DNA of 64,000 nt from a virus (Duplodnaviria; Caudoviricetes). Within the stretch, counting starts at the first letter, position 1; each line of letters begins with the position of its first letter. Below the pieces are notes generated by a model that had not been told where the DNA came from, made no database searches, and was given only the letters and a program-made list of their open reading frames with translations. A program made the position numbers and the translations under genes. Where the stretch lies: IMG/VR virus record IMGVR_UViG_3300025137_005045; one strand, 5' to 3'. Positions 29,601 to 40,000 of the stretch are shown in pieces.

Positions 29601-32600
29601 GTTACTACATGTTCAAAGTAATCTGCTGATCTAATAGTTATACTAGCTGAGTCTGCTGGTGCTGTTGTAAAGGCAAATGTCAATGAGCTATCAGCTTCAT
29701 AACTATAGTCTAATTCAGGACGCTGTAATACACTATCAACAAATACTTGTATTGAATGTAGGCCGTCTATTGTAAATAATCCTGAGATATTAAATACTTT
29801 TGTTGAACCATCTCCTGTAAGTGTTTTTGTTTCATTTCTAGTAATTATTATTGATTTACCACTGGCAGGTGCTGTATCTAAAGTTACAATATTTCCAGCA
29901 AATGTATAAGCTGAATCTGCTAGTACCGCATTATCCACAACCACTGCTATGTTATCTTTAATGTTGCCTGATGATATAATATCTGTTGATATATTGTAGC
30001 CTCTGGTACTGCCGTCACCAATAAATCTTGCCTGTTGTATTTGTCTGTCGACTCTTTGATATCCGTAGACTGTATCCTTGCCTGGTGCACCAACATATAT
30101 CCATCTACCGTCTTGGCTAATAGTTACTGCATCACCAAAGCGACCAATTGCAGTTGGATTGCCATCTGGTGTTACTAGCAATTGATGTTCTATTAATAAG
30201 TTAGAATTAGGTTGTTTAATTACTGCTACATATCCTTGTCCACTATTTGATGTACTTGCTCCTGCTACTGCATATGATTCATCAGCAAATGCTATATCAT
30301 TTCCGTAACCAGTTACACCTGTAGTGCTAGCTAATGACAGTATTGAATTCTCAGCATATACATTGTCAGCTGTTTTAACAAACGAATAAACTGCTCCTCG
30401 ACCTGCTCCGTTGAGTGTGTCACCTACCAGAGCAGTTAAATTATTTTTGTTTTGTGCTACACTAGATCCAAAGTTTGTGTCAGTTACCACTGTATTTGTT
30501 ACCAATGAACTTTCTGATGTAAACGGACTTACTTTTTCTAACACTGTCCATTCATCTTGTCCATTATTATCTACCCAAACTCTATTTCCTGTGTTCAGTG
30601 AGTTAGCAAAAGGTAGTCCTAACACATCACTTGGTTGTGTGACTCTTACTGAATTTAATTTAAATAACAATCCATTGTTTGTTATTGTGTCAGTGTCTGT
30701 TGGTAGTGTTAGTTTTACTGTGATTTTATCTATAGCAGGAGTTGATATCACTCTATACGCAAAGTCTACAGCAACATCAAAATACTTAATTACAACTAAG
30801 TCATTTTTCAACAGTTGATGCGGAGCATTGAATGTAAGAGTTGATGTTCCATCTAGATTATCATTGGCTGTTGTTAATACTTGATTTAATGAACTAACTC
30901 TGTATATGTTCCAATTATGTGAATTATCTTTGGCTACCCAAATTGTGGTTCCTTCCTGTAGTTGATCTAGGTAAGGAGTTAACACACCAAGATCATCTAA
31001 ATCAAATGCTTGGAAGTTGATATCATCTATATTAACATAGCCAGCTGTTGGTAATCCTAAATCGTTAACCTGGCTAGAGTAGATAGTACTTAGAGGCCCT
31101 CCGTCTTCAAGAGTAACTTTATAACTTTGTCTATAAATGTTGTTTAATTCTACTGATTGGTCAGCTGTTGATGTTGCTCCGTTCTCAACTAAAGTAACTG
31201 TACTTGGATTTCCAGATAATTTATTTTCATTTAATTCTAATTCAATGTAGCTTCTATTCGCATTTCCGCCATATATACCTTGTTTAACTGCCCAATTTTC
31301 AAATATTGAATAGTTAGTTAATTCTTTTTCTAACTTGGCTGATTTAAATAAATCAACAGCTCGTTTGGTACCTTTATTACTGATATAGTTTTCGTAAACG
31401 TTAACTTGACTGATATCATCTAAGTTCATGTTTTCTAAGTAGCTACGTTTATTAAATCCAATTAGTCCAAAGCCTAATTGATCTGCATCGTTTTCTAAGT
31501 TAGCAACATTACTGTTATAGTAATCTTTAATTTGATCACTCTTAAGACTAAGGTTAGGTAACAGTCCTTTTTTAATTTCATCGTATTCTGTTTCTGACCA
31601 TGAACTGTAATTAAAAGTTGCACTCGGGTCAACATGCTCTAATGCGGAATAATGTTGATTTTTATAAAGAACAATATCACCTTTACTGTATGATCTTGTT
31701 CCTGTCCATTCGTCTATGTTATCTATGTTAAACACAAAGCCTTGAGCTTCAACCTGACCAGTCCAATCACCTGTATTAAATCCGTTAATTTTCAGTCTTT
31801 GTTGTCTTGACCCTGTTGAAGGATCGTAAATTAAGTCATTAAATATTGATACATTATCAAATACTAATACATGTTCGTAGCTTGTAAATTTAGCATTAAT
31901 GTACGATATAGAATTTTCATCTATTGTTTTAACTTCAAACACATTATCGATTCTGTTGAATACTAACCTATCATTGGTAATACCTTTAAGATTTTGATTT
32001 AGTATAAAGTCATCAGCACCCTGTCCCAATATCGGAGCAACCACTGCTTTTTCTTTTTCAATGTGTAATTTATCAGCATTTGGATTTAAATTAATAATAC
32101 TACCGTTACGCCATCCTTGCTGACTCCAATAAAGAGCTTCGCGTATCATTTGAGACCAATCTAATAGATAATCATTTTCTCTATTTTCAAATTGATAACC
32201 TTTTGATTCCAACCAACGACCGTAACTTATCAAAAAGTCACTTAAAGTGCTAGTGTTAGTAAACACATAACCATATGGTATTTTTACTTCAGTGTCGCTG
32301 AAGTCTGATGATATTCTTACCTCTGTGTTGCCAACTTTTATCTTTTTAAAATTACCATTTGGTATGCTAGTGAATATGGTAAAATACGGCTGTAATTTAC
32401 TGTTACCGTAAACTGCAAATCCATCTACTGTTTTTTGTATGATTACTGAACTGTATTCAACTTGATCAAATATTTCATTGTTGTATAGGAATACTTCATA
32501 GCTTTCGTCTGGTAATAGCAAACTTGTGTTATTTGAATTGGGAGATGTCTTTTCTGTAAAGATTTTTAAATAATCTTTATCGCTGAAGCCAGCTAGTCTA

Positions 32601-35600
32601 TATGTTAATTGTATTTCAATATTTGATAATAGATCTGCAATTTCTGTACTAGTTGAAATACCTTGCTTACGAGCAAAGTCAACTGACCAATTAATATATG
32701 AATGCTTAGAATTATTTTCACCGTATACACTGATGTCACTTGATTTAATTCTTGTTCTACCATTGTACAAGTGTTGTCCCAGATCAGTATCAAATTTGTA
32801 TAAGTCTCTATCTGCATTAAGAGCAAAAAACTCTGCTGGTTTAGTTAATGCTAGCAATCTCATTATAGCAAATGGATATGCACTAGATTTCCTCCAAGCT
32901 GATTCTACTGGACCTTGATCTCCCTGTACCCATGATTTTTCAAGACTTAGATTGTCATAATTTTTAACCATGGTATCAAATGGTGTTTTTAATGCACCTT
33001 CGTCGGTTACCGGAATAACTGTTGTTAAATTAGTTCTTATAAATTTAGTATCTACTGAGTATGTGCTTGTACCGTCCCAAATACGTCCAGCGGCTAAATC
33101 ATCCCATAAAACAGTGTTACCTGATGTATATGGTGCAGGACCATACTTGCTTACCCACCAAATTGGTTTCTCTGAAAAACCTATCATTTCCCACGGTGTT
33201 AAGTGTGGAAGGTCTGTATCATAATACTTGTTAAATGCTCCCCTCCAGTGTCCTGGTAGTAGCTCACCGTCTATGGTATCGTCTGCTTTTGAATAGTTCC
33301 ATGTACGTTTTTCATCAGCATCATAGTCTTGTACTTTGTAGTCTAGTCTGTTCCAGCTTACCCAAGTTAAGAAACTGGTTCCTAGTATTTCTGTAATTTC
33401 TTCTTCAGTATACTCAGTTGTTCTAAATTTGCCTGGCGATACATCTTCAACACATAAAGGAACGTCACCTGTCCATTTAATATTATTATAGATACGTTTT
33501 TCAAACTCTAAAAGTATACTGTCTCTATCATCATCAAATGCTAGTACCTTACTACCATCGTGACCTACTATTACATTTGTTGTGGTTATATAACTATCAT
33601 CTGAATATATTTCAGGTTTATATTTTTTATATAATCCTAGCTTGGTAGGAGTACTTGGTACATAGCTACCGTAGGTTGTTGTGTATTCTCTAATTTTAAC
33701 AACATCACCAGATACCAGTGTTGCTAGACCAGTTGCTACATCATGTATTGTTAATCGAGCACCATCTGTGGCCACTGTGTAATCAATATCTTTTATTAAT
33801 TGTACATCATTTTTATAAACCAATAATCCCTGATAGTTTGCTTTTGTAAAATCATACACTGTTGTTAAGTCAAAGAACTCATCGTCAATTGCTGTAATTG
33901 TATGTGTTGTTTCAGTAAACACATCACCACAAGGAATAGTGTCAGTCCAGTAAAATGGCTGAGTTAATTCTTTGCTAGCATTAACAAATTTTAATGCTTG
34001 ATCTAGTTTTTGTGCTGTTGTTCCAACAAAGTCATTTTTTGTAACGGCGTCAATTATTTTATTTTTATATTTCTCGTATTCTGTTCCTGCATATGCTAAT
34101 GCGTCAAAGAAGTTAATATTGCTATCTCTAACAAATGTAGTAGCTAGTTCTAATGGACTACCTTGTTGAACTATTTTATTACCGTAAGGTACAACATCGC
34201 CTAAATCTCTAATATTATTAATACCTAACACAGTACCTGACAAGGTTGGAATATTTTGAGCCAGATCAACATAATGATTTCTCACAGTACCTAACGTGAT
34301 TGTGGAGAATGTATTATTGGGTGAATTGTTAGCTAGATTATCTGGTATTTGATAAAATCCAGTTTTGCTAACGTTATCACTGATAATACGTACTTCAATA
34401 TTTGCACCAGTTGTTGGTACATGATCCGTTGCAAATGTTATTGTTGTTTGATCTGTTGTGGTTACGAAAGTATATTTGCTAGAATTATAAAATACATTAT
34501 CGACAAAAATAACAACTGCATTATCTGTTGCGGCTTTTGCTGGAATGTCACATACCAAAGGTACATCTGCATATGTAAATGCTATTACTTGTGATTGTAT
34601 TGATTTGTCCAGATGTTTTTTCCATCCTAGTTCTTTTGCAAATGTGGTCCTGGTTGAATAAGTGTGAGCAAATCCTATACTAATATTTGAAGTAGTACTG
34701 ACGCTGTCGGATGTGAAAATAAAAGTGTCACTTTCTAAATTGTTATCAAATACAATGTCTCCTACATTATTAATACTGAGATATTTTAATCTCTGATTTA
34801 ATACTGTGTCTAATGCACCTGATCCAGGAGCATATGAGAATAACTTACTACCTATAAAGTTTGTGCTTGGATAAGTTATCTGATCACTCAGGCTCTTTCC
34901 TGTCTTGTCAAATATGTCGAACAGTGGCGCCTGATTAACTTTTGTTTTCTGTTGTGTTTCCGTCCAGGTATTTCCTGTATATCTATAGCTTTTACCTTGC
35001 AGTGTTGATCCGCTTAAAAGATACACTGTATTTTCAGCGGCTACTGCTCCGTCTGTTGCTTGAGTTAGATTAATTATTTTATCAGTACTGGTTAACCCGT
35101 CTTCGTCTATTAGGGTAACTTCATAAATTTTATTTCTAACTTCAGGGTCTAAATCATTAGCAAATACAATTCTTGTGCCATTTACTAGGCTATAACCATC
35201 TAAGCTGTATCCTGTTTTTCCATTAACATTACTAAGGGCATCTGTTTGATTAAAGTCAATTATATTAATAGGTGCTTTACCTTCTGTTCCAAAATTAAAC
35301 AGTCTCAATCCTGCTTTAAATTCTAGGATAGGACGTTTAGCTCTCAGAGTTTGATCTAAGTTTGTAACAGTATTATTATATTCTGCTGTTTTATTAATAA
35401 CATCAATGTGTGTCCATCGATTTGTTCTGGTCCAGGGGTTAAGATCTAAACTAGCTTTGTTAATTGTAAAGTAATCTTGATCTTTTGGACTATTTAGACT
35501 TGAATCAAACGGCCCGCTATCAAAAGATGTAATATCAAACGGTAATGTTTCATCATCCAAAAATGGTTCAGGAGTTTGAAAATTTGTTTCAGGCAGTAAT

Positions 35601-37048
35601 TGTATTGCAGTACCCACGCCTTCAATATAATATATTTCATCTTGATAGCTAGTAGGTTCTGTTTTTCCTCGGAATTGTACTTTTAATCCGTTAGTAAATA
35701 CAACTCCATTGGGAGAAGTATAATTCACTTTACCTACAATATCTGTATCAACATCTAGTACAGTGCTATCTAGTTCGTCTACTACTTTGATTACACCAAA
35801 TTTAGTAGCATCATTCTGATCTTGATAATACAGTAGATCACGAGTCGCAGTCAACAAGGGTTGAGGTTCAAAGAATCCTTCAGCTGATTTATAGAAATAT
35901 CTAGAAGCATTTTTAGTTCCGTACTGTACTTCAAACTTACTAAGATTAGGTACATCTAGTATACTTGACAATACCATAAACGGTCTAGTAGGATCACTAG
36001 GGTCAGTTTGAAATTGTATTTTCCATACTCCATATCTTTCTGCTGTTGTAGTGATATCAACAGTTGAATCAAATACTTCGCTGTCATAACCAGAAGTAGT
36101 TGAATCAAATCTGTCTGTAAATCTCCATCCACTTAGTGAACCATCAGGATCTGTATTTTTGTTTAAGAATATAACTGTACGATTTTCTAAGTCACTTATT
36201 GAGTCTATTCCTTTATGTTCAGCTAAGAACACATCTACATAGACATTGTTAATTTGATCAAATCTTAAATCAGTGGTTAGATCAACTTCGCCCAAGTCAG
36301 TCATTGAATAGAATTCGTCTTGTGCAGTACTCAATGGAACATTAAATGTTACTGTACCGTTGTCTGTACCGTTGTTAGTTACTCCAAGCACATCTTGACT
36401 TGAAATATTTTCTTGACCAATTAGTGTTCCTGATGTTCCAGGATTTGCTTGTATCCAAAAAGGATTACCATTCTGCTCCACTGTGAATGTATAGTTTCCG
36501 CCTCTTATCAAAGTAATTGTTGGATTTGTTCCTGGAGATCCAGATAATGTATAACCGCTGGTTGTTCTATCAACAGTAAAGTCGTTAGTGAATCCTATTT
36601 CTGTAGCTTGTACATTAACCGAGTCTGGGCCACCTGATAGCCAATGGTATTGACTAAAGTTAATAAATTTATCATAATCAACAAAAGGGTCCCAAGAGTA
36701 AAATTCACTTGAAAATAGTCTATCATGCTTGTTTGTTTTTGCTCCGCGTATGTTAAGAGCGTCTATTAGTCCAGGGTATGTGGTTAGATCTTTTGTTGTT
36801 GCAGTATTTGGTACTTTATAAACCACTGATGGTTCAAGTTGGTAGTTTGCTCTTGTTGTATCTGGTTCAATAACATAGCTGTCAGTAGCACTTACTCCTG
36901 GTCCGTTCTTCTTACCTATAAATCCTTCAACACGCTGTAGCTTGCTTGGCTGGACCATTTGATCCAATGTTGCTGATAAGAATTTTTTGTTGGTATCTGT
37001 CCTAAATATTTCAGGTAATAGATCAACTGTTCTTGTTCTTGTTACCAT
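23663..37048 (-). CDS. Giant 4461-aa virion protein (gp7-position baseplate wedge / adhesin-like)
   Basis: 13.4-kb uninterrupted ORF directly after the gp6-like gene; seven FG-GAP-like repeats, GDGST repeats, CBM-like W..Y..GD.V modules. Confidence 0.8.
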   Translation of the reverse strand: MVTRTRTVDLLPEIFRTDTNKKFLSATLDQMVQPSKLQRVEGFIGKKNGPGVSATDSYVIEPDTTRANYQLEPSVVYKVPNTATTKDLTTYPGLIDALNIRGAKTNKHDRLFSSEFYSWDPFVDYDKFINFSQYHWLSGGPDSVNVQATEIGFTNDFTVDRTTSGYTLSGSPGTNPTITLIRGGNYTFTVEQNGNPFWIQANPGTSGTLIGQENISSQDVLGVTNNGTDNGTVTFNVPLSTAQDEFYSMTDLGEVDLTTDLRFDQINNVYVDVFLAEHKGIDSISDLENRTVIFLNKNTDPDGSLSGWRFTDRFDSTTSGYDSEVFDSTVDITTTAERYGVWKIQFQTDPSDPTRPFMVLSSILDVPNLSKFEVQYGTKNASRYFYKSAEGFFEPQPLLTATRDLLYYQDQNDATKFGVIKVVDELDSTVLDVDTDIVGKVNYTSPNGVVFTNGLKVQFRGKTEPTSYQDEIYYIEGVGTAIQLLPETNFQTPEPFLDDETLPFDITSFDSGPFDSSLNSPKDQDYFTINKASLDLNPWTRTNRWTHIDVINKTAEYNNTVTNLDQTLRAKRPILEFKAGLRLFNFGTEGKAPINIIDFNQTDALSNVNGKTGYSLDGYSLVNGTRIVFANDLDPEVRNKIYEVTLIDEDGLTSTDKIINLTQATDGAVAAENTVYLLSGSTLQGKSYRYTGNTWTETQQKTKVNQAPLFDIFDKTGKSLSDQITYPSTNFIGSKLFSYAPGSGALDTVLNQRLKYLSINNVGDIVFDNNLESDTFIFTSDSVSTTSNISIGFAHTYSTRTTFAKELGWKKHLDKSIQSQVIAFTYADVPLVCDIPAKAATDNAVVIFVDNVFYNSSKYTFVTTTDQTTITFATDHVPTTGANIEVRIISDNVSKTGFYQIPDNLANNSPNNTFSTITLGTVRNHYVDLAQNIPTLSGTVLGINNIRDLGDVVPYGNKIVQQGSPLELATTFVRDSNINFFDALAYAGTEYEKYKNKIIDAVTKNDFVGTTAQKLDQALKFVNASKELTQPFYWTDTIPCGDVFTETTHTITAIDDEFFDLTTVYDFTKANYQGLLVYKNDVQLIKDIDYTVATDGARLTIHDVATGLATLVSGDVVKIREYTTTYGSYVPSTPTKLGLYKKYKPEIYSDDSYITTTNVIVGHDGSKVLAFDDDRDSILLEFEKRIYNNIKWTGDVPLCVEDVSPGKFRTTEYTEEEITEILGTSFLTWVSWNRLDYKVQDYDADEKRTWNYSKADDTIDGELLPGHWRGAFNKYYDTDLPHLTPWEMIGFSEKPIWWVSKYGPAPYTSGNTVLWDDLAAGRIWDGTSTYSVDTKFIRTNLTTVIPVTDEGALKTPFDTMVKNYDNLSLEKSWVQGDQGPVESAWRKSSAYPFAIMRLLALTKPAEFFALNADRDLYKFDTDLGQHLYNGRTRIKSSDISVYGENNSKHSYINWSVDFARKQGISTSTEIADLLSNIEIQLTYRLAGFSDKDYLKIFTEKTSPNSNNTSLLLPDESYEVFLYNNEIFDQVEYSSVIIQKTVDGFAVYGNSKLQPYFTIFTSIPNGNFKKIKVGNTEVRISSDFSDTEVKIPYGYVFTNTSTLSDFLISYGRWLESKGYQFENRENDYLLDWSQMIREALYWSQQGWRNGSIINLNPNADKLHIEKEKAVVAPILGQGADDFILNQNLKGITNDRLVFNRIDNVFEVKTIDENSISYINAKFTSYEHVLVFDNVSIFNDLIYDPSTGSRQQRLKINGFNTGDWTGQVEAQGFVFNIDNIDEWTGTRSYSKGDIVLYKNQHYSALEHVDPSATFNYSSWSETEYDEIKKGLLPNLSLKSDQIKDYYNSNVANLENDADQLGFGLIGFNKRSYLENMNLDDISQVNVYENYISNKGTKRAVDLFKSAKLEKELTNYSIFENWAVKQGIYGGNANRSYIELELNENKLSGNPSTVTLVENGATSTADQSVELNNIYRQSYKVTLEDGGPLSTIYSSQVNDLGLPTAGYVNIDDINFQAFDLDDLGVLTPYLDQLQEGTTIWVAKDNSHNWNIYRVSSLNQVLTTANDNLDGTSTLTFNAPHQLLKNDLVVIKYFDVAVDFAYRVISTPAIDKITVKLTLPTDTDTITNNGLLFKLNSVRVTQPSDVLGLPFANSLNTGNRVWVDNNGQDEWTVLEKVSPFTSESSLVTNTVVTDTNFGSSVAQNKNNLTALVGDTLNGAGRGAVYSFVKTADNVYAENSILSLASTTGVTGYGNDIAFADESYAVAGASTSNSGQGYVAVIKQPNSNLLIEHQLLVTPDGNPTAIGRFGDAVTISQDGRWIYVGAPGKDTVYGYQRVDRQIQQARFIGDGSTRGYNISTDIISSGNIKDNIAVVVDNAVLADSAYTFAGNIVTLDTAPASGKSIIITRNETKTLTGDGSTKVFNISGLFTIDGLHSIQVFVDSVLQRPELDYSYEADSSLTFAFTTAPADSASITIRSADYFEHVVTIAGTTGERFGDSVATTTDGRQIIVGAPLATSGAIDQVGKVYVYDRDVQRFQQTVATNKTFTTDQTPQGRAEVYVNGVYQTNSTRYIGGTYTFATKTATLATAPALGDFIDIETNNIQLIDTIEMTSKNQGALFGNKVKICPTNCSVYASAPASSQEIPEGGSVTRAVNQSRLYGTITGTVATPTVTSGHKIRINNYLVTFTSTTLAQVVIDINNANIPNVIASATSDSKLNIALVNAKAGPVANKLNISPAADGLAPLTALGLDIFVVTQTITNPYPKEYTNFGESIAISSDALTLVVGSPNGASNLEVTLDAGTTTLDSDHTEIRDIQTQSGVVYTFDYLSSANDSTATPGQFVFGQQVVDKNVSALTKFGQAVDYKSGKLLITSPGHKNASSQVIGRLSVWNNPLNQIAWKVIREEEKVVDIALLNSAFIYDKNDKKVKTELDFVDPIQGKILGAVKQNLDIIGAEDPASYNVGTVNNNGMTWNEEYIGYVWWNTTNARFINHYQGDTDYRSKIWNQLFVGSSVDIYQWVESSQLPEEYTGPGTVFSTSNYSTNTRVSSSGNIEIVYYFWVKDIPSVIQGYNKTLSVKTMSEYILDPKASGIAYMAPIASGSVAIYNAKEFLSGTDRILHVEFDKISTDNNVHVEYELIKAGDPNEFLSTRLYRKLIDSFAGTDSTGLKVPDTALGLAESYGIEYRPRQSMFADRFTALRNYITRANSVFAKNPLSEMRTFTALNSQESEPIIGSGAWDKRVLTYDELTYQNLILVPTGYKYLVASDSQNNNLWTIYEVQADDSLLLSRVQNFKTSNYWSFIDWYATGYSELNKPINEVATYSRLSTIESTTSIGDVVRVTANSNGKFENYARTATGWDRICLEDGTIAISKSVYDYSIGRNGFDVEVFDAQYFDAEPVIETRQIITAINDELLINELAIERINLITLMFEYIKSEQQSVNWLVKTSLVDVEHTLRDLQEFDIFQTDNQEFVEKYINEVKPYHVQVKEFNLKYQGEELFQGDTTDFDLPSYYDNTLRRFVSPKLSDDGLSGSFPSTDPIWSTGLYSQWNANHSLSIDSVTVVNGGSGYITAPAVTVTGTATTPATFKAIVNTAGAVTSVEVVTAGVGYTTTPTLTISGSGTGATAIAVTSPGTVRSYKTAMKYDRYEYQTEIVDWTANTVFQPGDLVRNNNKVYEVKNEEDSSLAVQGATFDPDDFVVVDPGTLSGVNRTMGLYVPAVNEPGLDLGLLISGTDYPGVQMSAPLYSQNTGYDIGNFDVNPFDNLDFGPEGEPSYSESILDTKYDPGDFTDTYLGTLASDINVSGGAFIDTYSSHSPQELIPGSVFDTLNMKVFTRPGFDYDADGHSGAFGSENFVYDGTAEKRTINFAKLTTNPFAVRAVNVTTGLSLRFEYVLPAVDAVDYNVDWLNKTLTFTGTNISSGDILRVESYGIGGGNQLWVDNYSVTDYYVDASTLVHIDVPVNFEQIYEAMIKCNGSRITNYTFTEVNEYTTRITFGTSGIGAVKYFGTAPLVPGDYIHIAILGYEGDASTLPGYITHDESLEQTSSHPNSQIINATGAIEYSLTQDFQKFNPYTAIVEVDGRRLTPPEALQFTSDGSSAGPYHLNLTNWSTSESLFQSLIADNDVHVFVNDTELKLYEDFTISPIDSSSVRFIAMTEAPVVGAKVTVFVETSAEYKIDYTGELVSADNKIVFNTAPTSGSRIVITTDNNTSELDLINRAFKGPTSTGVTAVVSYDSDGYDETTFDETTASSVDLSLFDLDRVITRPDRLQVTVNGLRKYYGRDWQLNQNGDTKIEFLSSAIGALDVVVVRMQSENIVPDRLDFAVFKDMRDANAIYNINKSHVTTVTTALTAIADEISVLDATKLSKPDLNNNIFGIIMIDGERITYRTLDVTNNKVSGLRRGTAGTAASSHDVGAIVYDYSVTTYLNFDYAKTVYNQPTIDDGSTITNGKALQNTNTVPAKFLRGQ

Positions 37049-40000
37049 TAAATTATTCCACTATTAGAAGCTGTTCTTAAAGCACTAGAAGTTAGTGCAT
37101 CGATGACCACAATATTTTCTACTGAAGCCGCATTTACAAATATTTCATCTGGAGCTGATCGTATTTCATATAAGTCACCAAAGCTCTTTGTTGGGTCCTT
37201 AGGAACTAGCACAACTGAACTTACTATATCACCCAACTCTGAATGCAGGTATGCTGATAATTCAGAGAAGTAAAACGTATCTCCAAAGTCCCATTTATCA
37301 ATGGTAAAATATTCATTTAGTGCTTCAACCACACGTGATTTAATTTCGCTAGTTGAAACTACTGAATCCGTATACCTAATAACTTTAATATCACCTTGAA
37401 GTTCTGTTGCTGATTTGTTACCAAATAATGGTTTAAATTTTACAGAATTTAAAATTACATTGTCACTGACCATTTTAAAATCTTGTAGTGTAGCGTATGC
37501 AATTGAAAGTTCATCAATTGTTGGCTCAAGAGGTTTAGTAACTGTAGCTGTAGCATCTTTAAGATAATTTTGATACTGTGTATAGTATGAACTAGTTACC
37601 AGATACAAATCAATAATATTTGTTATTGCAGGATCAATTCTTTTACTGTTGCTTGAATTATGTTTGTATTGGAAATGTAAGTCTTGTCTTCCAGTATAGT
37701 ATTGATACTCTGTTGTTTCTGTAAGCGTGTATGTTGTTCCTACAACTGTTAGTTTGTAAAACTTTTTATCTGTAGATGCATAAAATATCTGACCATCTAT
37801 ATATTCTGTTTTAGCTAATTCTATTGCGTCCAATGTTGCGTATAAGATATCAACTGTTCCGCTTGCTATTGGAACAAATCTTTCTAGGTTGTCAAAGTCT
37901 GTGGTCCTTTGTAAAAATGCAACTTTTGTTGTTACATTTGTTTTTGGAGCAACTATGTCTTCAAATATATCTGGATTGTCAGCAATGTTATCACTGTCGC
38001 TATCTGCATAACTTACTAATACTTTAAAGTTATCAACAAAGCCATCTGTTTCTACTTCCTGTCCAATTATGTCTAATTTGATGTCGCTGGTCAAACTTGC
38101 ATTACTGTCGGGTTTGTTATTAATTTTAATTACATTAACAAAATCATTAACTGTTCTTCCTGTTTTAGGATCGTATATTGCATCGTTAGAATCAAATATA
38201 AATCTATTTTCAGTAACTGATGCAAAGTAATAGTTTAGTGTTCTATATTTGACTGTGTATATTGAACCGTCAGTGGTAAACTGTACTAACCATGATGCAT
38301 CTTGTTGTAATCTATCTGTGTTTTTAGCGAAGTCTGTACTAAATTCTGCGTCTTGATTCAAGTTGTCTGATGATATGATATACCATGTTGAGGTTGTGTT
38401 GTCATATCCTAAACCAAAGTTTCTATACAATTCAACTTGTGCAATCATTAATGTTTCAGTTGCCGCAGGTATGTCTGTTACGAATTTTGGAATTACTTCA
38501 GTTGGTATTGCACCAGTAGGTATAAAGTCATTTAATACCACAGGACCACTACCATCATCAAGATTGCCTACACCAAAGTTTGTACCGTCTAATGTTAAAC
38601 TCGATACTGTTACCCAAAGAACTAATTTTTCATTGGCACCTGTTGGAGTGCCTACTTTTAATCTATTATTTGCATCAAAGAAATAACCAGTTGGTGGTTC
38701 TATTTTAATCAATCCACCTTGTTCAATAAAACGTGTGTTACTAGTAGCAATTTCACCAACTGCTATAGGGTTACCGGCGGCATTTTTAAAATATCCTGAG
38801 CTTGAATTAGTTGATGCTGTGCTTTGTTGCCAAATAATGTCTGTTGATGCGTAGCTCGGTCTTACAAATTTATCATTATAAAAATGTACCATTGGTCTTG
38901 AAGCAATAGTTGATTCAAGTTGATTACTAATCACTGCCGCAACATCATTTGTGTCAACAAATGTAAATGTAAAATTAGGTGTGGTAAAGCTTCTATAGAA
39001 CATGCCATCACTGGCAAACGTATTTGTTGATGAATACTTACCTGTTGGATCTAATAGATCTAATTGTCTATTAATACCAATACTTGAACGTCCAAGTGCT
39101 TTAGATTTTAGTATTGAAGTAAACTGTGTGAAAGGGAAGTTGTTGTAGTCCTCACCGTTAACCATTCTATTTTGTGTATAAAATCTTGCTGGAGCACGAG
39201 TTTTAATATCATCAAGTGTGTCTCTTTGTTTAGCATTAGTTACTGGCTGTTGTAGTCCTAAAACAAAACTTACTGTTTCGTTACGACCGTTACGGCTAAT
39301 ATATGGTATTGAGATAGTAATGTTCTGTAATTCGTCTGGATTAATAATATAGTCTAATCCGTTTGATTGTCTGACAAATGTTCTAAAAGTTCCAACTGGT
39401 ACTTTAGAAAATACACCATCTCCAAATCTCAATTGAACCTGATCATTTGTTCCAGCAGTTACAGAATATACTGTACGCTGTTGGCCTTCAGTGGCTGGTG
39501 TGGCTCCTACTCCGTATATACTTTCTACTTTGTTCCATTCGGTTAATGTATTAGTATTAGTAACTTCATATAACCAAACATCACTTTGGTTAATGCCTTC
39601 AACATTGATGTCAACTGTTCTGTTAGATATTCTTTCAGCTACTGAAAAGTCTTGGCTAATTAGTCCGCCTTGTTTGAAGTAAAAGAAAAAGCCTGTATTT
39701 GCAGAACCAAATCCTAGTTTATCATTTCTATACAACACATTCATAGGAGCATTTGGCTGTGGTGAAGATTCATATATGTAAGTTTTATTTGCTGATGTTG
39801 CTGAAACTACTTCAAAAGACATTGTCGTACCATCTACCGTTCCGTCAAAAGGAACTACAGGTAAAAATCCATCTACAACATTTAATTCATATTCATCTGT
39901 GGTTACACCTAATATACTTTGTGTATTACCTGGTCTTCCGAATCTCTGGCTATCTGCTAGAGTTGCGTTTACTATAGATGTAAATTGTTCATACCAATCT

